Assembly (NCBI GenBank): GCA_019192455.1
Contig: JAHCML010000008.1
Location: 638-64,637 of the forward strand
Direction: 5' to 3'
From: Alphaproteobacteria bacterium SS10
GTDB lineage: Bacteria; Pseudomonadota; Alphaproteobacteria; TMED2
Length of the DNA stretch: 64,000 bases
The translations under genes and the position numbers were made by a program. Positions 9,413-19,326 of this stretch are shown in pieces (within the stretch, counting starts at the first letter, position 1; each line of letters begins with the position of its first letter). The notes beneath the pieces were generated by a model. It had not been told where the DNA came from, did no database searches, and was given only the letters and a program-made list of their open reading frames with translations.

Positions 9413-9955
9413 ATGAAGATGATCTCACATTTCTATGCTGCCCTGCTCGGTGCCGTGATGGTGCTGGCGGTTATGCCAACCCTGCCCCAGGCAGCCGATG
9501 CGCATTTCCATGAGGTGGGTGATCTGACCATCGATCACCCCTTCGCCCGGGCCTCTGCCAGCCCAGCGATCAAGGCCGGTGCTGCCTATCTCGAAATCAC
9601 CAATGAAGGCGAGGCCGATCGCCTGGTCGCCGCAACGTCACCGCGGGCAAAGAAGGTTGAACTGCACACCCATGAGCTTACCGCCGGTGTCATGCGGATG
9701 CGGGAAGTTGCGGGCGGTATCGAACTGCCAGCGGGTGAGACCGTGACCCTAAAACCCGGCGGCCTGCACATCATGCTGCTGGGCCTAACCGCACCGCTGG
9801 TTGAGGGCGAAACCTTCCCTATGACTCTGACATTTGAGCAGGCAGGCACGGTTGAGGTTGTGGTGATGGTTGAGGGTGTCCAGGCCGGTGCCCATAAGCA
9901 TGATCATCATGACCATGGCGATGATCATGACGACCAGAGTGACCACAATCACTAG
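9413..9955 (+). CDS. periplasmic copper chaperone PCu(A)C (DUF461) with His/Asp-rich C-terminal tail
   Basis: Signal peptide; PCuAC hallmarks ...HIMLLGL... and a Met-containing copper site; tail HKHDHHDHGDDHDDQSDHNH. Confidence 0.7.
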   Translation: MKMISHFYAALLGAVMVLAVMPTLPQAADAHFHEVGDLTIDHPFARASASPAIKAGAAYLEITNEGEADRLVAATSPRAKKVELHTHELTAGVMRMREVAGGIELPAGETVTLKPGGLHIMLLGLTAPLVEGETFPMTLTFEQAGTVEVVVMVEGVQAGAHKHDHHDHGDDHDDQSDHNH

Positions 9956-9977
9956 GCACTTGGACTAACGGGTTGGC

Positions 9978-11486
9978 TTAAGAGGCTGGCTCAACAAAGG
10001 TATCGGGGGCTTCATCAAGCACGGTGAAGCCCTCGGGACCGATTTCAATGATGGCGAGGCCACGCTCTACCAAACCATCGGGGCGGAAGCGGAAGATGCC
10101 ATCGGTACCAGCGAACCCGTTGGGGTTGGTCAGCACATCGCTGCGATAGATCCGGCTGGTCCAGGCGGCATCGCGGATCTCTTTCTCATCGGAAAAGAAA
10201 TCAACGTCACGGCGCGCCAAAACGGCGGCGAGTGCCAACGCGTCATAGGCGATGGTCGCGATGCGTGGTGGGCGGCTACCGAAATTCTGGCGATAGCTGG
10301 TCTCAAACGCTTCCCGCTGGCTCACGGCGGGTGAGGCGAACCACGCCCCCTCTAAGGTTGGTTCCCGCAACAGGGCCGGATCATCCCAGAGGCCGGTGCC
10401 CATCAACTGCACGATCCGTGGATCAACATCGTAGAACGGCAGCAACGGGCCGATAATGCTCATCCGTGCCCCGCCCTCAACGATCAGGGCGGCGTCAAAG
10501 GGGGCATCACCATAGGTATCGGCGTTTTGCAGCTGACGCAGGGCCTGGCGAGAGGCGGTATCGGTCCGCTTTTCAAGCTCAGCCTTCACCTGCTCCAGGG
10601 CCGCTTCGCGTTCTTCGAAATCGGTGAAACTCTGCACCACCGGGCGCAAATCTTCCACATCATCCGGGTAGCGGCTGACCTTGGTCACATCGACCTGATA
10701 GCGCGCGGCGCTCTCCAAGGCACCGGTCACCACCGCATCAGCGTAAAGGGTTTCGGGCGCCAAGATGCCAAGGCGCTGCAGGCCCTGGGCTGCGGCATAG
10801 GCGATCACCCGGTCCACCTGGCTGAACGGCAGGATGCCCATGACATAGGCGCCAGAGCCGCCCTCAAGACCAAGGCGACCACGATTGGCCTGGCTGGCCA
10901 GCCGCCAATCAGTGGTGAAGCCAATCAGATTGACCCCGGCATCCTCGGCAAACGGCTTAACCGCGCCGACAGAGCCACTGAATAGGGGGCCAAGCACCAG
11001 CTCAACATTCTCAGCGAGCAGGGATTGGATCGCCAGCTGCGCGCCTTCGGGCGTGCCCTTGGTATCCCGTGGGATCAAAACGAAGTTGTCATCCGCCAGC
11101 TCAAACATCGCCAGCTGCGCTGCATTGAACAGGGCCTGGCCAACATCTGAACCACGGCCGGTTAGCGGCAGCAGCAGGCCAACCTTAACGGGCCGGGTGC
11201 GCGGGCGGGTTTGTGGGTCGGTGGTGGCACCAAACACGCTATCGGGCGCTGGCTGTGATTGGGCTTGCGGGTTGTTCACGGGGCCGGCAACGCGGGTTGC
11301 GCCGCCTGGTCGTTGACCCTGCTGGCTGAACTCTTGTCCCGCTGGGCGTGGGCCAGCCGGGCCTGCGCAGGCGCTGATCAGTACCAGCACCGCAAGCGCT
11401 GCCATCAGCCGCCCAAAGGGCGCGCCCATCACGCTACGCTGAAACATTGAATAGGGAGCGGGAGAAACTGCCGTGTCACTTGCCAT
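9978..11486 (-). CDS. lpoA: penicillin-binding protein activator LpoA-like lipoprotein (periplasmic binding-protein type 1 fold)
   Basis: Lipoprotein signal (LVLISAC); Leu/Ile/Val-binding-like PBP1 core VKVGLLLPLTGRGSDVGQ. Divergent from rsmI as in the E. coli yraL-yraM arrangement. Confidence 0.65.
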   Translation of the reverse strand: MASDTAVSPAPYSMFQRSVMGAPFGRLMAALAVLVLISACAGPAGPRPAGQEFSQQGQRPGGATRVAGPVNNPQAQSQPAPDSVFGATTDPQTRPRTRPVKVGLLLPLTGRGSDVGQALFNAAQLAMFELADDNFVLIPRDTKGTPEGAQLAIQSLLAENVELVLGPLFSGSVGAVKPFAEDAGVNLIGFTTDWRLASQANRGRLGLEGGSGAYVMGILPFSQVDRVIAYAAAQGLQRLGILAPETLYADAVVTGALESAARYQVDVTKVSRYPDDVEDLRPVVQSFTDFEEREAALEQVKAELEKRTDTASRQALRQLQNADTYGDAPFDAALIVEGGARMSIIGPLLPFYDVDPRIVQLMGTGLWDDPALLREPTLEGAWFASPAVSQREAFETSYRQNFGSRPPRIATIAYDALALAAVLARRDVDFFSDEKEIRDAAWTSRIYRSDVLTNPNGFAGTDGIFRFRPDGLVERGLAIIEIGPEGFTVLDEAPDTFVEPAS

Positions 11487-11580
11487 GGCTCTCGTCTACA
11501 CTGATCTGCGACCTGGCCCAAGGCCGCCTGGTTTGTTGTCGATGATATCCGTTAGCCCACTGTGACCCAGAATCCCAGAA

Positions 11581-12522
11581 ATGAATCCCAGCAATTCCGC
11601 TTCTGAAACCGGTAACGCCGCCGTTTTAGACCTCGGCGCCTTCTCTGTGCCACGGCAGCCGGTACCGCCCGGATTGCATCTGGTGGCGACGCCGATTGGC
11701 CGGTTAAGCGACATCACAATTCAGGCGCTGCATGTCCTGGCGGCGGCTGACCCGATCCTTTGTGAGGATACGCGGGTCAGTGCCAAGCTGCTGCAGCATT
11801 ACGGCCTGGATAAGGTGCGGGACGGCGCGCTTTGGGCCTATCACGACCATAATGCGGCGGAACAACGGCCCAAAGTTTTAGACCGGCTCCGAAACGGTGC
11901 AACGATTGCGATGATTTCGGATGCGGGAACGCCACTGGTCTCCGACCCTGGATACAAGCTGGTTCGTGAGGTGGTTGAGGCTGGTTTGCCGGTGACAACG
12001 GCCCCTGGCGCCAGCTCGGTTCTTACCGCCCTGCAGCTCTCGGCACTGCCAACCGATCGCTTCATCTTCATTGGGTTCCCACCCCCACGTTCTGCGGGGC
12101 GTAAACGGGCATTCTCCGAATGGCGTGATGCATCGGCCAGCCTGGTGGTGTTTGAAACCGCCAAGCGCATGACGTCAGTTTTGGCCGATGCGGTGGATGT
12201 GTTTGGCCCCCGACCGGCCACCCTGACCCGGGAACTGACCAAACGGCACGAAGAGGCGGTGCGTGGCACCCTGCCAGATCTGGCAGAGCGGGCGGCCAAT
12301 GGTGGGTTAACCCTCAGAGGCGAGTGCGTCCTGGTAATCGGCCCGGCGGATAAGGCCATGACAGCGGATCAGACCGATATCGACGCGGCTCTACGTGACG
12401 CGATGGCCCAATACTCAGTGAAAGACGCTGTTCGACTGGTCAGCGGCGCCCATGGGTTGGAGCGGCGGGCAGTCTATGCCCGTGCCCTGGCACTGCGCGA
12501 TGGTTTAGGGGTCGATGGTTAG
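11581..12522 (+). CDS. rsmI: 16S rRNA (cytidine1402-2'-O)-methyltransferase
   Basis: Tetrapyrrole-methylase fold; LHLVATPIGRLSDIT...ILCEDTRVS...ISDAGTPLVSDPG. Confidence 0.85.
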   Translation: MNPSNSASETGNAAVLDLGAFSVPRQPVPPGLHLVATPIGRLSDITIQALHVLAAADPILCEDTRVSAKLLQHYGLDKVRDGALWAYHDHNAAEQRPKVLDRLRNGATIAMISDAGTPLVSDPGYKLVREVVEAGLPVTTAPGASSVLTALQLSALPTDRFIFIGFPPPRSAGRKRAFSEWRDASASLVVFETAKRMTSVLADAVDVFGPRPATLTRELTKRHEEAVRGTLPDLAERAANGGLTLRGECVLVIGPADKAMTADQTDIDAALRDAMAQYSVKDAVRLVSGAHGLERRAVYARALALRDGLGVDG

Positions 12523-12898
12523 GGATAGGCGCAAGGCCTATCAAAAGGGGGCGCGGGCCGAACGCCTTGCCGCCTGGTATCTGCGGCTTAAGGGCTATCG
12601 GGTCTTGGCCCAGCGCTTCAAAACCCCGGTGGGTGAGCTTGATCTCGTGGTCCGGCGTGGCCGGGTCCTCGCCTTCGTTGAGGTGAAGGCGCGGCAGAAC
12701 CTTGAGGATGCTGCCATGGCGATCAGCCCCCAGGCGCGGGGACGGATTGAGCGGGCAGCAAACTGGTTCTTAAGCCAGCAAAACATGGCATCCCGGTCAC
12801 ACCGCAGCGCAGAAATCATTCGGTTTGATATGGTTCTGGTGGCGCCGGGCCGACGCCCGCACCATGTCGTCAACGCATGGGCGGCCGGAATGGCTTGA
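12515..12898 (+). CDS. yraN: YraN-family (UPF0102) endonuclease-like protein
   Basis: GARAERLAAWYLRLKGYRVLAQRF...ELDLVV...AFVEVKAR; overlaps the rsmI stop by 8 nt. Confidence 0.8.
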   Translation: MVRDRRKAYQKGARAERLAAWYLRLKGYRVLAQRFKTPVGELDLVVRRGRVLAFVEVKARQNLEDAAMAISPQARGRIERAANWFLSQQNMASRSHRSAEIIRFDMVLVAPGRRPHHVVNAWAAGMA

Positions 12899-12976
12899 TG
12901 GCGCGCCTTGCTCTAGGGGGATTGGCTTGATTGGCTGCTGTACGGGGGCGAACAGCGGCCCATCCCGGGAAGGATA

Positions 12977-13723
12977 TTGGCAATGACAACACCTCGTTTC
13001 GCCTTCGCAATGATTGGTTTGGCCGCAATTGGCCTTGGTGGCACCGCCTGCACCCCTGTTGGGGCTGCGATTGGGGCTGGCGCGTCCGTTGGGATCGCCG
13101 CCGCCCAAGAGCGCACCGTTGGTGCCGCAATCGATGATGCCGTCATTCAAACCCAGATCTCCGAACGCTGGTTCCGCCATAATGAGGCAATGTTCCAGGC
13201 CCTGGACCTCACGGTTGTTGAGGGTCGGGTGCTGATCACCGGCAGCATTGAGGATCCGGACAAGCGCGTGGATGCTGTGCGTCTGGCCTGGCAGGTCGAT
13301 GGCGTTCATGAAGTGATCAATGAAGTGCAGCTCAGCGAGAGCGAAGGCATTCGTGGTTTTGCCCGGGATGTGCGCATCGCCGGTGAGCTGCGGTCGATCC
13401 TGACCTTCGACCGCGAAGTCAGCGCGGTGAACTACTCCGTCGATACCGTTGGCGGTGTGATCTACCTGATGGGCATTGCCCGCAGCCAGGGTGAGCTAGA
13501 TCGCGTGATTGGCCATGCGCGCAACATCGACAGCGTGCGCCGGGTGGTCTCCTATGTGCGGCTTATCGATGAGGTGCCACCAGGTAGTGCGACCCCAACT
13601 GGCACGTTGACTACTGATGCCGCACCGTCTGCTGCACCAGCTGGCCCAACCGGCCCTCGTGAGGGCGTGGCGGTTGAGCCGTTGAGCCCGCAGGCATCAC
13701 CGCAGACCTCCTCAATCGAATAG
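12977..13723 (+). CDS. BON-domain lipoprotein (DolP/YraP/OsmY-like, two BON domains)
   Basis: Lipoprotein signal ...GLGGTAC; two BON-like segments (VVEGRVLITGSIED...; VGGVIYLMGIARSQ...). Confidence 0.7.
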   Translation: MAMTTPRFAFAMIGLAAIGLGGTACTPVGAAIGAGASVGIAAAQERTVGAAIDDAVIQTQISERWFRHNEAMFQALDLTVVEGRVLITGSIEDPDKRVDAVRLAWQVDGVHEVINEVQLSESEGIRGFARDVRIAGELRSILTFDREVSAVNYSVDTVGGVIYLMGIARSQGELDRVIGHARNIDSVRRVVSYVRLIDEVPPGSATPTGTLTTDAAPSAAPAGPTGPREGVAVEPLSPQASPQTSSIE

Positions 13724-13732
13724 GCGCTTACC

Positions 13733-14581
13733 ATGGACCTCGCCCGGGCTGAGGCCGTGCTGCGTAACGCTGGCAAGTGCCAGGACCGGGATATCGATCT
13801 CCTGGCCGTTGCCGGTGCCTTTGCCTTGATGGACCTTCCGGATGTCAGCGAGCCTGTGCCGCTGGACCCGTATGAGCGCCATTTTGATCAGATGGCGACC
13901 TCAGTCCGACACATCCTGCGCGATGATGCCGAGAAGGCCGATCTCGCGACCCGCCTTGCCGCCATCCGCCAGGTGATGGTCGAGGAAGAGGGGTATCGCG
14001 GTGATGACGAAACCTATGATGCGCTCCAGAATGCCAATATCTTCAGCGTGATTGAGCGCCGCCGTGGCCTGCCGGTGGCGATTGGCCTGATCAGCATGGT
14101 GCTGGCCGATCGGCTGGGCTGGACCATGTCTGGCCTCAACTTCCCTGGTCACTTCCTGCTGTCTTTCGTGGTTGGTCGGGAAGAAACGATCATCGATCCC
14201 TTTGACGGGATGAGTGAGCGGCAGGTTGGTGAATTGCGGCTGTTGCTTAAGGCCCATCGTGGACCGGATGCGGAGCTGCAGCCCGAACATCAGTCCCTGG
14301 TCAGTCGACGCTCGGTTCTGTTACGCCTCCGAAACAACGTAAAGATACGGCTGTTGAATGCAGAGGATGATGATGGCGCCCTTCGCTGTGTTGAGCAGAT
14401 GCGCCTGTTAAGCCCGCGCGATCCGGACCTGATGCGAGAGGCGGCGATGCTGAATATCCGCCTCGGCAAATTGCAGGGGGCCATCCAGGCGTTAAGCGAT
14501 GCGGCGACCGCCGATCCCGATAAACGGGCTGGCGCTGAGGCAGCGAGCCTCGCCGATGAGTTGCGCCGTAAGCTGAATTAG
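13733..14581 (+). CDS. transglutaminase-like/SirB1-family (UPF0162) protein with C-terminal TPR-like region
   Basis: NIFSVIERRRGLPVAIGLISMVLADRLGW...NFPGHFLL is the SirB1 N-terminal signature. Confidence 0.6.
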   Translation: MDLARAEAVLRNAGKCQDRDIDLLAVAGAFALMDLPDVSEPVPLDPYERHFDQMATSVRHILRDDAEKADLATRLAAIRQVMVEEEGYRGDDETYDALQNANIFSVIERRRGLPVAIGLISMVLADRLGWTMSGLNFPGHFLLSFVVGREETIIDPFDGMSERQVGELRLLLKAHRGPDAELQPEHQSLVSRRSVLLRLRNNVKIRLLNAEDDDGALRCVEQMRLLSPRDPDLMREAAMLNIRLGKLQGAIQALSDAATADPDKRAGAEAASLADELRRKLN

Positions 14582-14631
14582 CGCTAGCGTCACGCCTAAG
14601 CGAACAAACCGACGAAACCCAGGACATTCCC

Positions 14632-15591
14632 ATGACCCGCACCGTTGCGATCCAGATGGATCCCATGGACGGCATCGATATCAATGCCGATAGCAGCTAC
14701 ATGATGGCGCTTGAGGCCCAATCCCGTGGCTACAAGCTCTACCACTACCTGCCGACGGCGCTGCGGTTTGAGGATGGCAAGGTATCGGCCACCGCCCATC
14801 CGATGGAGGTATGGCGACCCGAGAGTAATGATAAGGCCGATGGGTATTATCGGTTCGGCCCCGCGGAGGAGCTGGATATCGCCAGCACCGATGTGGTGCT
14901 GATGCGGCAGGATCCGCCCTTTGACATGGCCTATATCACCGCCACCCACTTCCTTGAGCATGTGGCCGATCAGACCTTGGTGGTGAACGACCCCGCCTCG
15001 GTCCGCAACGCACCAGAGAAGCTGTTTGCAACCCATTTCCCGGGCCTGCTGCCACCCACGCTGATCACCCGCGATGCCGCCGCTATCCGGGCGTTCCGCG
15101 AGAAGCATAAGGACATCATCATCAAGCCAATCTTCGGCAATGGTGGTGCTGGGGTTTTCCACCTGCCACCAGGTGATGAGAACCTTGGCTCATTGATTGA
15201 GATGTTTGAGGCCGCAAGCCGAGAGCCAGTGATCTGCCAACGCTACCTGCCTGAGATTAAGCAGGGGGATAAACGGATCATCCTGATCGAGGGCGAGCCG
15301 GTCGGTGCCGTAAGCCGTATGCCAGAGGATGGGGAGGCGCGCGCCAACTTCCACGCTGGCGGCAGTGCGGCGAAAACCGGCCTTACGGCAAGAGAGCAGG
15401 AAATCTGCCATTTGATCGGCCCCACCCTGCGTGAGCAGGGGCTGATCTTTGTCGGGATTGATGTGATCGGTGACTATCTGACCGAGATCAACGTCACCTC
15501 ACCCACCGGCATTCAAGAGATCAATGCCCTCGATGGCATCCGCATTGAGGCGCTGCTCTGGGATGCGATTGATGCCCGGTTGGCGGGGTAG
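14632..15591 (+). CDS. gshB: glutathione synthetase (prokaryotic ATP-grasp type)
   Basis: VAIQMDPMDGIDINADSSYMMALEAQSRGY... GshB N-terminal domain, ATP-grasp core (IIIKPIFGNGGAGVF). Confidence 0.9.
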   Translation: MTRTVAIQMDPMDGIDINADSSYMMALEAQSRGYKLYHYLPTALRFEDGKVSATAHPMEVWRPESNDKADGYYRFGPAEELDIASTDVVLMRQDPPFDMAYITATHFLEHVADQTLVVNDPASVRNAPEKLFATHFPGLLPPTLITRDAAAIRAFREKHKDIIIKPIFGNGGAGVFHLPPGDENLGSLIEMFEAASREPVICQRYLPEIKQGDKRIILIEGEPVGAVSRMPEDGEARANFHAGGSAAKTGLTAREQEICHLIGPTLREQGLIFVGIDVIGDYLTEINVTSPTGIQEINALDGIRIEALLWDAIDARLAG

Positions 15592-15596
15592 GCTGA

Positions 15597-15620
15597 CCGC
15601 TTAAGCGGCGCCGATTTTTC
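15597..15620 (+). terminator. intrinsic terminator-like hairpin after gshB
   Basis: Perfect 12-bp palindrome CCGCTTAAGCGG followed by CGCCGATTTTTCGG. Overlaps the stop of the convergent gene. Confidence 0.45.
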
Positions 15621-16335
15621 GGTCTTCAAAGACCGGTGGCTCGTCACAGATTGCAGGCTCAATGCCAGGCTGTGAGAGGTTGTCATTAGCGCCGAGCACG
15701 ACGGGCTCAATGGTCTCTTCGCGGGCGATCAGCTCTTGTGCCCGACGCTCGGTAAGGAAGGCCAGTTCGGATTCCAGCGCGCGGCGTAGGCTGATTGAGC
15801 CAAGGCCAGGGCATTTCAGGCCATCGGCAGCGGCCGCGAAAACGGAGCGCTCAGAAATATCAGCCGGTGGCAGGGTCATCTGTGGGATCGCTGGCATGCC
15901 AGGCTCACCATTCAGCTTCTTCGTGCCATTGATCATGAAGCCAGCGGTTAGGCCATCAAGGGCCCCGCTCTCAATGCTGGCGAAGTTCTTGTTCCAAGCA
16001 ACAAAGCCGGTTGGCTGGTTCAGGAAGCTTTCCATCACGCCGTCAATTGGGGTGTCGACGGTGACGATCAGGCCAGGATCATCGGCCATGGCAATCGCGA
16101 AACCAACGCTATGGCATTGGGAGATGATGCCCATGGAAACCCGCAGCTCGACCAACCACAGCCATTTCTTGTCATTCGCCCGGCCATCGGTGCCATTTGG
16201 CTGCAGGCTAAGCAGCAGCATGGTGTCCATGGCAGCACCAGGGATAACTGGCTTTGGTGCGGCGTGATCAAGAATGTTGGTTGGTTGTGTGGGCAACATG
16301 TGGCGGCCTTCTCGCTGATTGGATGGTCGCAACAT
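15601..16335 (-). CDS. hypothetical protein (possible class-I glutamine amidotransferase/DJ-1-like fold; not resolved)
   Basis: 244-aa ORF with ATG start. Only weak resemblance (GIISQCHSVGFAIA) to Cys-nucleophile amidotransferase folds. Confidence 0.45.
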   Translation of the reverse strand: MLRPSNQREGRHMLPTQPTNILDHAAPKPVIPGAAMDTMLLLSLQPNGTDGRANDKKWLWLVELRVSMGIISQCHSVGFAIAMADDPGLIVTVDTPIDGVMESFLNQPTGFVAWNKNFASIESGALDGLTAGFMINGTKKLNGEPGMPAIPQMTLPPADISERSVFAAAADGLKCPGLGSISLRRALESELAFLTERRAQELIAREETIEPVVLGANDNLSQPGIEPAICDEPPVFEDRKIGAA

Positions 16336-16372
16336 ACGCGCAAGCTAAGAAAGCACCGCGATAGTGTATCAA

Positions 16373-19036
16373 CTATTCGACTGCATGAGCCTCATGGGAG
16401 GGTTGCAGCGCCATTTTTGTGGCGGAAACCGTGCCTTTCAGGTCCTCCAGATAATCCACAATTTCTTTTTCATCGCTGCTTGGCCAGCCATGACGGGTCA
16501 AAATTCCGCTGAGTCGGCTTAGCTGATCCGCCCCCATGGACCCGGCCATGCCCTTCATGTCATGGCAGGCCTGGCGCCAGATTTGATTGTCGGCGGCCGC
16601 ATCCCCACTCTCAATCGCACTCTCAAACGGCGCCATGGCGTCGAGAAAGTTCTTGGTCAGGCGGGCTACAGCCTTCTCACCGAGGTTGTCGATCAGCTCT
16701 TGCCGTTGGTTGGCAGACAGGACCAGACCGCTTAACGCCTTCGACCAGACGGCTTTGAGCTCATCACTGGACATGGTGCTGGCAGTTTTCGACACCCCTA
16801 GACCAACTGGCTGACCGCTGGTGCTTGGCTTTGCCTCTGCATCGCCTGGGGCTTGTATGGCCCGCGGCGTTGGTGCTGGTCGGGCAGCCGTTGAGCCAAG
16901 GTCGCGACGCGGCAGTGCCGCCAGATGGCGCATTAATAAGGGCCATCGAATTGGTTTGCCGATATGGGCAATGAAGTCGAACTCAGCCATCCGCTCTTGA
17001 ATGTCGGCGGTGTTTGCCGCGCTGAAGGCTAACAGTGGGGTTTCGGCCACCCGGCCCCCCTGGTTTCGGATCGCCTCTGCTAGCTCCCACCCATTCATAT
17101 CTGGCAGGTTTAGATCGATCAGAACTGCGTCGAAATCGAGGGCGGTCATGGCGTCCAGGGCCCGCGTCCCGTTCGCGGCGGTGGTCACCGAATGGCCCTG
17201 ACGACGCAGATAATCCTGCACCACCTGGCGGTTCAGCTCGACATCATCGACCACCAAAATACGCCGTCGCTCTGATGGGGTGGTTTGGATTGCCACCATT
17301 TCTGCCGGTGACAGGTCACGGGGCGATGGCTGGCTGGTGGTACTGGCCTCACTGGTTTTCGCCTCTGCACTCTCAGCCGCAGTGGCTGGCAGACGCACCC
17401 AGAAGGTGGTGCCTTGCCCGGGGGTACTGCGGAACCCGACCTCACCACCCATGGCTTCGGCCAGTAGTTTACAGATGGCAAGTCCAAGGCCGGTGCCCTC
17501 GGCGCCGCGATCTTTGATCTCGTGGAACTGGCTAAACCGCTCAAAAACCCGGGGTTGATCGGCAATTGGGATGCCGACACCGGTATCGGTAACTGCAACC
17601 CTAAGTGTGCCCGCCTCCATCCCCTCCGGTGGCGGGGTGTATTTCACATCAATGGTGATTCTGCCGTCTTTGGTGAACTTCACCGCGTTGCTGACAAAGT
17701 TACGAATGATCTGGGTCAGGCGCAGGCCATCAATCATCACAATTGGAACGCCGTCCGGCACCTTACGGCCCAGCTGGATGCCATTATCGGCGGCCCGGTT
17801 ACGGTATAGATCCTCAACCTCAGCCACCAAACTGCCCAGATCATGCGGCTTGGGTCGAAGCTCAAGCTGACCGCGCTCCAGCTTCTCAACATCCAGGACA
17901 TCATCGATGATCGCATGCATCGACCGGCTGGCGCTGGCCATGGATTTCACATAATCGCGCTGGCGTTTGGTTAGCCGTTCCTGAAGCAACAGGTCCGCGA
18001 TCCCTTGCAGGCCGGTAAGCGGGGTACGGATCTCATGGCTAACCATGGCCAGGAATTGTGACTTGGTACGCTCAGTATAATTCGCCAACTCCTCCGCCTG
18101 GTGGGCGAGGGTTAAGGCGCGTCCCATGGTCAAAAGGATCGCCGTGATGCCAAGCAGAACGACGGCATAACCAATCCAGACCAAGGTTATCCAACTGCGT
18201 GTGGCGCCAAGCACAACCGCTGTTGGTTGGGTTGCGATAATCTGTAGGGGCAGAAGACTACTGGCCCGCTGGACCCGGATCAGTTCATCGGCGCTATCAA
18301 CGCTTTGCGGTGCCTCTGTGCCCTGGCTTGGCATGTTGCTGGCCGCGAAGACCAGGCCGCTACTATAGGCCAGTTGGATGGTGGCGCTGGGGTAGCCATC
18401 GACCAACTGCTCTGCCGTTCGGGAGAAGAAATCGGGCGCGAAGTTGATCGCAATGGCGCCAGCAAACTCCCGGTTTTCATCTAGGATCGCCCAGGATAGC
18501 GGCACCACCTTGGCACCAGTGCCACGCGCCACCACAGGTTCCGACAGAAAAGCGCGGTTGGGGTCATCCCGCACGGCCTCAAAATAGGACCGGTCACTGA
18601 TATTGATATCAATCAGCGCCTCTTTGCTGCTGCTAACAACCCGGCCGTTCTTGCCAGCAATGATGTAGGTGTCGAATTGCGGTAGCGATGCGATAGATGC
18701 CGCAAGCACAGGCTCAACATGGTGAGTAAAGCCGGTTAGGAAATCGTCGGAGCCCAGCTCATCGGTATGCAGATGCAGCGCCTCAATCTCACCAGACATC
18801 AGGCGGTTGTGGTCAGCAAAGGCGGAGTTGATCACCACATTGACCGCGCGGAAACTCTGATCCAAATGCTCAGTCACAACACGCGCGGTGGCGTCGAGGC
18901 GTAACACCGCCTCATCAATTGTCGATTGTTGATTAGATTGGATCAGCTGCTGGATGGCCACGCCGCAGAACGTCGCCACCAACGCCAACACAATTGTGGC
19001 GGAGCGCATACGGCTTGGAAGAAAGGCCCAGTGCAT
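16373..19036 (-). CDS. hybrid sensor histidine kinase / response regulator with C-terminal HPt domain
   Basis: Two TM segments flanking a ~250-aa periplasmic sensor; HisKA H-box MVSHEIRTPLTGL; HATPase_c (GTGLGLAI); REC (ILVVDDVELNRQ...DLNLPDMNG); C-terminal HPt-like H in QACHDMKGMAGSMGA. Confidence 0.85.
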   Translation of the reverse strand: MHWAFLPSRMRSATIVLALVATFCGVAIQQLIQSNQQSTIDEAVLRLDATARVVTEHLDQSFRAVNVVINSAFADHNRLMSGEIEALHLHTDELGSDDFLTGFTHHVEPVLAASIASLPQFDTYIIAGKNGRVVSSSKEALIDINISDRSYFEAVRDDPNRAFLSEPVVARGTGAKVVPLSWAILDENREFAGAIAINFAPDFFSRTAEQLVDGYPSATIQLAYSSGLVFAASNMPSQGTEAPQSVDSADELIRVQRASSLLPLQIIATQPTAVVLGATRSWITLVWIGYAVVLLGITAILLTMGRALTLAHQAEELANYTERTKSQFLAMVSHEIRTPLTGLQGIADLLLQERLTKRQRDYVKSMASASRSMHAIIDDVLDVEKLERGQLELRPKPHDLGSLVAEVEDLYRNRAADNGIQLGRKVPDGVPIVMIDGLRLTQIIRNFVSNAVKFTKDGRITIDVKYTPPPEGMEAGTLRVAVTDTGVGIPIADQPRVFERFSQFHEIKDRGAEGTGLGLAICKLLAEAMGGEVGFRSTPGQGTTFWVRLPATAAESAEAKTSEASTTSQPSPRDLSPAEMVAIQTTPSERRRILVVDDVELNRQVVQDYLRRQGHSVTTAANGTRALDAMTALDFDAVLIDLNLPDMNGWELAEAIRNQGGRVAETPLLAFSAANTADIQERMAEFDFIAHIGKPIRWPLLMRHLAALPRRDLGSTAARPAPTPRAIQAPGDAEAKPSTSGQPVGLGVSKTASTMSSDELKAVWSKALSGLVLSANQRQELIDNLGEKAVARLTKNFLDAMAPFESAIESGDAAADNQIWRQACHDMKGMAGSMGADQLSRLSGILTRHGWPSSDEKEIVDYLEDLKGTVSATKMALQPSHEAHAVE

Positions 19037-19274
19037 TACAGCGGCTCATGCATCGAATAACAAAAAGTCAGCCATCGGGGGATAGCGACGGTACTCACAC
19101 CGACACAGAGCAGAAATCGACCGCGCAGCCATCCCATAGCGCATAATCAGGCACCATGGTCGCTGAGTGAGGGCAACAGAGCAAAGGAAATTCTGACCTA
19201 ATTGAGGCTAACAGAAAGCTAATGCCCCGGCATGACCTTGCCAAAAGCCCAATCAGATGAAAGGGTGTGCCTGC

Positions 19275-19289
19275 AACGGTATTACCGTT
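19275..19289. promoter_or_regulatory. perfect 15-bp palindrome AACGGTAtTACCGTT ~35 bp upstream of the cNMP-binding gene
   Basis: Read directly from the HK / cNMP-gene intergenic region; candidate dimeric-regulator operator. Confidence 0.3.
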
Positions 19290-19326
19290 ACCCAACTTTG
19301 CCCCTGCCCGCCCAGGCGTCCCGCAC

